Part shown: piece after piece, positions 62,241 to 64,000 of the stretch | How positions within the stretch are numbered: the stretch's first letter is position 1 | How the letters are laid out: the number at the start of each line of letters is the position of its first letter | Assembly (NCBI RefSeq): GCF_006345805.1 | Contig: NC_043005.1 | Coordinates: 39,308,001 to 39,372,000, forward strand | DNA from: Octopus sinensis | Lineage: Eukaryota | Direction of reading: 5' to 3' | Length of the DNA stretch: 64,000 nt | The notes under the pieces: model-generated | Seen by the model: only the letters and a program-made list of their open reading frames with translations | What the model was told of the DNA's origin: nothing | The model's database searches: none | Made by a program: the position numbers and the translations under genes

Positions 62241-63525
62241 TATGTAAGAACATTGACTTATCTATTGCGAAATTAAAATTCAGTAGAACGGAACTATATT
62301 TCCTAGATTCGGAGACGAACGCTATAAGCCTGCATCAATCGCTGTTCCTTGCATGCATACATTTTGTATTAAAGTAATGTGCACTCTACTGTTATTACAA
62401 TGTTCTCAATTGTCGCTTCTCGTCCTCATATTTTCGCTGTTAAATTTCTTCAAGTTTGCTATAAAACTCATTATTTATTTTCTACGTCTTCACTTGATCC
62501 TGTTGCCAAATGTAGAGATTTGTCTTCTGTCGATTTTCGAACTAATTCCCTTTAGATAAACTGAAGCCAAGCTTGTAATAGAATATATACGCTCTTGCAT
62601 ATTATAGTCTGCTAAACTAATACATAATGAGACCAACTTCATTTATATTACTCTAAGGGTTTCCTTTCGCATTAGTATTCATTTTTTTCTTTTCCTTTTT
62701 CTAAATATTTCTTTCTTAATATCTTTTTGCTTGAAATAATATTCATCGTAATCTATCTTGTACGAGTTAAACGAAACTTTAGAAAACAATGAAAATATTA
62801 TTATGACCAAACAACAGTAAAGTGCAATTAACGAGATAATATCTTCCTATACACCGCAGCCAGCGTCTACAACTAATGCTAAACAAACTATGTCGAACAC
62901 AGTATATTATTTTCTTTTCATATCCTTCGTTATTGAAGCAGTAAAACCAACTTGAAACTTTATTTCTCTGAAGAAGACGATAAATTGCTTAAAGGAACAT
63001 AACGCGTCGACTATATTCCTTATAATGCAGCAAAAATATTCTTTTGTTTATGCTGAATTGGACTGGTTATTTCTTCATTTGTGTTGTCTACAATATCAAC
63101 GAAGAGAATAAACTGCGTTGCTACATGTGGTTATAATGATGAGATGAAAAGATTGTATGCACCTTGTAGATAACAGTTTCTTTTAGAGCAAACTTTGCAT
63201 ATAAAAGGAATGCAAGTTTATATTATCTATGTCATTTCTTAAGACTAATTTGATCGATAAAAGCTTCGATTTGACGTTGGCTTTCCTCACACAATACAGG
63301 TTTTGTATATTGTGTTCACTAAAATCTAAAACGAATCTACTTGAAGCCTATGAAGAGAAGTACTACACCAGGTTATCGAGATAGTTAACATACCAAACTA
63401 AAACTATAAATGCGAGTTAGAAACGTTAGAAACACAATATTTATATGTATACCGACGGCCTGGTATTATAGACAAAACTAAAACATTGTTGTACTTTGGA
63501 ACGGTCATACTGCCAATAAAAGCAC

Positions 63526-63627
63526 ATGCACTGGTTATGTTTTACTTCAATTTTATTACCAGTCGATCAACTAATTAATCAATTGATAAATTAGTAATGA
63601 AACTGAAGTGAAACATAACCAGTGCAT
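63526..63627. repeat. Inverted repeat, 34 bp arms (31 of 34 match), 34 nt spacer
   Basis: 63526-63559 vs 63594-63627. Confidence 0.9.
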
Positions 63628-64000
63628 ATTCATTATGACCTTCAACATATACAATATAACTTCCAAAACATGATTGCACATCAAGAATCTAGTAAACCAA
63701 TACAAAACGGAAATCAAAACACCAAACCACGAGTAGAAAGAACTAATTTGAAGCAACTATAATTCTAATATAAATATTAGACATAGTTATAAGCAGAAAT
63801 TTGAGACTACCGTAAATAACCAACCAACTGACGGTACTAGAAACCCGTAGTTATCGATTGTTGAGCAATATATTAACTGTCTCCATATCAACTAATCAAC
63901 TTGTGAACATATTTCATAGAGTGTCACCAATCTCTAGGCATAACTGAATTATTCATAATCTAAATAAGATACTACAATGCAAAACTAACATGCAAATTTC

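Overview
AT-rich, repeat-dense eukaryotic DNA that is intergenic or deep intronic. The SINE and transposon families and the very heavy (TA)n/(ATAC)n/(GATA)n load match what I recall from Octopus genomes (inference, not a database result). No protein-coding gene could be confidently identified. Almost all ORFs in the track are microsatellite translations or decayed transposon pieces. Recognisable elements are a Penelope-like remnant (1-1.1 kb), a near-full-length decayed mariner (13.75-14.85 kb) and several smaller Tc1/mariner pieces, CR1-like, RTE-like, R4/Dong-like and Tx1-like LINE fragments, a Helitron helicase fragment, and dozens of SINEs from four families. The most interesting object is a 2.45-copy tandem array of a ~399 bp unit at 20848-21833, inserted in (TA)n. 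Each full unit carries, on the minus strand, a minimal type I hammerhead ribozyme motif (CUGAUGA core, GAAAC-UGCA-GUC with a palindromic loop III, bulged stem I), and the array ends 9 nt from a predicted cleavage site. This is the architecture of non-LTR retrozymes or Penelope pseudo-LTRs; the stem II closing pair is non-canonical, so activity is unproven. Other notable items are half-hammerhead relics at 22.7 and 40.4 kb, a perfect 149 bp inverted duplication, a young Tx1-like LINE inserted in (GATA)n with a fold-back 5' end, and a 34 bp-stem pre-miRNA-like hairpin at 63.5 kb. Some near-identical duplications differ mainly by indels and may be assembly artefacts. Most repeat boundaries are approximate.
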